Made by a program: the position numbers and the translations under genes
From: a virus
Lineage: Duplodnaviria > Caudoviricetes
Strand: one strand, 5' to 3'
Length of the DNA: 24,953 nucleotides
Virus record (IMG/VR): IMGVR_UViG_3300038829_000044
Location: 1-24,953 of that record
Shown: piece after piece, positions 23,469 through 24,953 of the stretch
How positions within the stretch are numbered: the first letter of the stretch is position 1
Layout of the letters: each line of letters begins with the position of its first letter
Notes under the pieces: model-generated
Databases searched by the model: none
What the model saw: only the letters and a program-made list of their open reading frames with translations
Told to the model about the DNA's origin: nothing

Positions 23469-24953
23469 ATGGCAGCAATCACCAGCAACGGCACAGGCGG
23501 AGGCGATTGGGGGACAGGCGCGTCCTGGGCTGGTGGCGTGGCCCCCGGTGGGGCAGATACCGCGACGATTGCGGTGACGGACACGATTACGGTGACGGAC
23601 GCCAGGTCAATTCTCGCAACGGTGATCACCGGGACGCTCACCATTGATACTGGCGGCACGCTTACGTTTGACGGGGCCGTCACCGGCACTGGGACCCTCC
23701 GTGTCAACGCGGGTGGCATTGTCCAGCTCGAAGCGACGACCGCGTCACGCACGATCAATGTCACGACCATCATGCTGCGCGGAGTCTCTGGCAACCGAGC
23801 CACAATTCAGTCTGTGAATGGCACCGCGACCACCTATGGGTATTTCGCCTCTTCCGCTGCAGGCAAGAACGCCCTGGATATTCAGTACGGTAGATTCTAC
23901 AGGCTGGGTAATTCCTCCAATGCGAATACGATTCGTGGTGCGTCTGAAACGATTGACCACCTGGACGTGGATACGTGTGGGCGGTTGGATAGGAATGTGG
24001 CTGCGGACCTCACCGGCTCACTGTCGTGGACCGCTGTGACGACGAAGAATTCAGCCATGTCCGTCGCGGGGAGTGGACGGCATTTTCTTCCCGCAGCCAA
24101 GAACGCAACCTATACCAATATTAGCACGGATAAAGATTTCTGGTTCGACGGCACGCCAACCGGCACCGTCACAATTACCAACTGGATCACCGCGGGCTAT
24201 GTGCGGCTGGGACTAGCGGCGACTGGTGGGATGCCGAACCTGGTTGCCTCCAATCTCATGGCGACGACCGTTCCCGCGAACTACCAGTGGGACACCGTCG
24301 CACGCGGCACGATCAATGGCTTCTACAGTTACCAGCCCGCTGGCGGATCGGCGAAGCATGCCTTCGAGGTCTACGATTACCCCGGCGGGACCCTCACGTT
24401 GCAGAATGGCGTGTTAGAGTTCGGCGGGAATACCAGTGCCTCGGATATGGTGGTGAACGGCGACAGCCAGACCAACCCCGCAGCCTCCACGTTCAACATC
24501 AACAATAATATCGTGCTGAAGAACGGCACCGGCACGACGGATCGTTCGAGTGGGTCCCTCGTGGCCCTCGCGCGTGGTATGGATTACGAGACGTGGAATA
24601 TCACAAATAACACATTCTACATGGCTCCGAAAAGCATCGCCGCGGGCTCGATTGCCATCGTGGAGGGTTCATCCAATTCGGCGATTGGCAACAATACCGC
24701 GATTGGGATGATTAAGAACAACCTGGGATGGGCGGAGAGTGGCGTCAGCGGATCACTGGTCAAGGTGTTGTCTTCGCGCCGCAGCGCCACGGCGCGGTTG
24801 ATCGATAGTGGGACGGTGACGCTCGCGACCGCCACGAGTTTAACCGATAGTACCGTGTCACCGAACTGGACCACCGCGAGTGGCGCAGCCACGCTCTTTA
24901 CTGATTTTCCTGGTGCGCAGGTGCGTATTCTTGGTGCGAGAGCACAAGTCGTT
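23469..24953 (+). CDS. Large beta-helix-like tail spike/adhesin (partial, at least 495 aa; absent from the ORF track)
   Basis: Read by hand: MAAITSNGTGGGDWGTGASWAGGVAP... stays open to the window end; T/G/N-rich; INNNIV, ITNNTF and IKNNL repeats. Confidence 0.85.
   Translation, partial: MAAITSNGTGGGDWGTGASWAGGVAPGGADTATIAVTDTITVTDARSILATVITGTLTIDTGGTLTFDGAVTGTGTLRVNAGGIVQLEATTASRTINVTTIMLRGVSGNRATIQSVNGTATTYGYFASSAAGKNALDIQYGRFYRLGNSSNANTIRGASETIDHLDVDTCGRLDRNVAADLTGSLSWTAVTTKNSAMSVAGSGRHFLPAAKNATYTNISTDKDFWFDGTPTGTVTITNWITAGYVRLGLAATGGMPNLVASNLMATTVPANYQWDTVARGTINGFYSYQPAGGSAKHAFEVYDYPGGTLTLQNGVLEFGGNTSASDMVVNGDSQTNPAASTFNINNNIVLKNGTGTTDRSSGSLVALARGMDYETWNITNNTFYMAPKSIAAGSIAIVEGSSNSAIGNNTAIGMIKNNLGWAESGVSGSLVKVLSSRRSATARLIDSGTVTLATATSLTDSTVSPNWTTASGAATLFTDFPGAQVRILGARAQVV

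Larger units (their letters stand above)
1..24953 (+). mobile_element. Temperate siphophage/prophage segment (early, replication, packaging, head and tail modules)
   Basis: Co-oriented replication initiator, cos-like site, terS, terL, portal, capsid, neck, tail tube and chaperone genes in phage order. No boundaries are visible. Confidence 0.97.

Noticed and set aside
23364-23471. In-frame 33-aa ORF (23367-23468) suggesting read-through fusion of the FN3 and beta-helix genes
   Set aside because: It would need two stops to be bypassed, and ATG 23469 has its own GGGAGG upstream.
1-24953. Many long minus-strand and alternate-frame ORFs (e.g. 449-1162, 5445-6191, 11519-12535, 14517-15539)
   Set aside because: They are shadows of well-supported + strand genes in GC-rich DNA, with no motifs or RBS.
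21634-24953. Diversity-generating retroelement or invertible tail cassette
   Set aside because: No reverse transcriptase, recombinase, TR/VR pair or inverted repeats were seen within the window.

Overview
The whole window is part of a GC-rich temperate siphophage or prophage, with essentially all genes on the + strand. From 1 to 5.7 kb it holds a chain of small, translationally coupled early/accessory genes, including a variant tRNA-Met(CAT), a frameshifted DNA methyltransferase and an HNH-like gene pair. From 5.8 to 7.3 kb are the replication initiator, with an internal iteron/purine-tract origin, and a putative loader. A lambda-like cos site lies at about 7.30-7.43 kb, followed by terS. About 2.6 kb of accessory cargo (ASCH, lipoprotein, Gp37Gp68/DUF5131) separates terS from a gpA-type terL. 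Next come an Xis/HTH_17 protein ending in a copy of the terL C-terminal motif and a 10-bp-phased repeat array with a candidate late promoter. The structural genes follow: gpW-like adaptor, lambda-type portal, fused HK97 protease-capsid with an internal start, neck and tail genes, and a tail chaperone with a -1 slippery site. Where a tape measure gene is expected there are fibre-like genes, a signal-peptide FN3-like protein and a large beta-helix-like ORF that runs off the window. No integrase, repressor, lysis or tape measure gene is visible. All family calls come from recognising motifs by eye, not from database searches.
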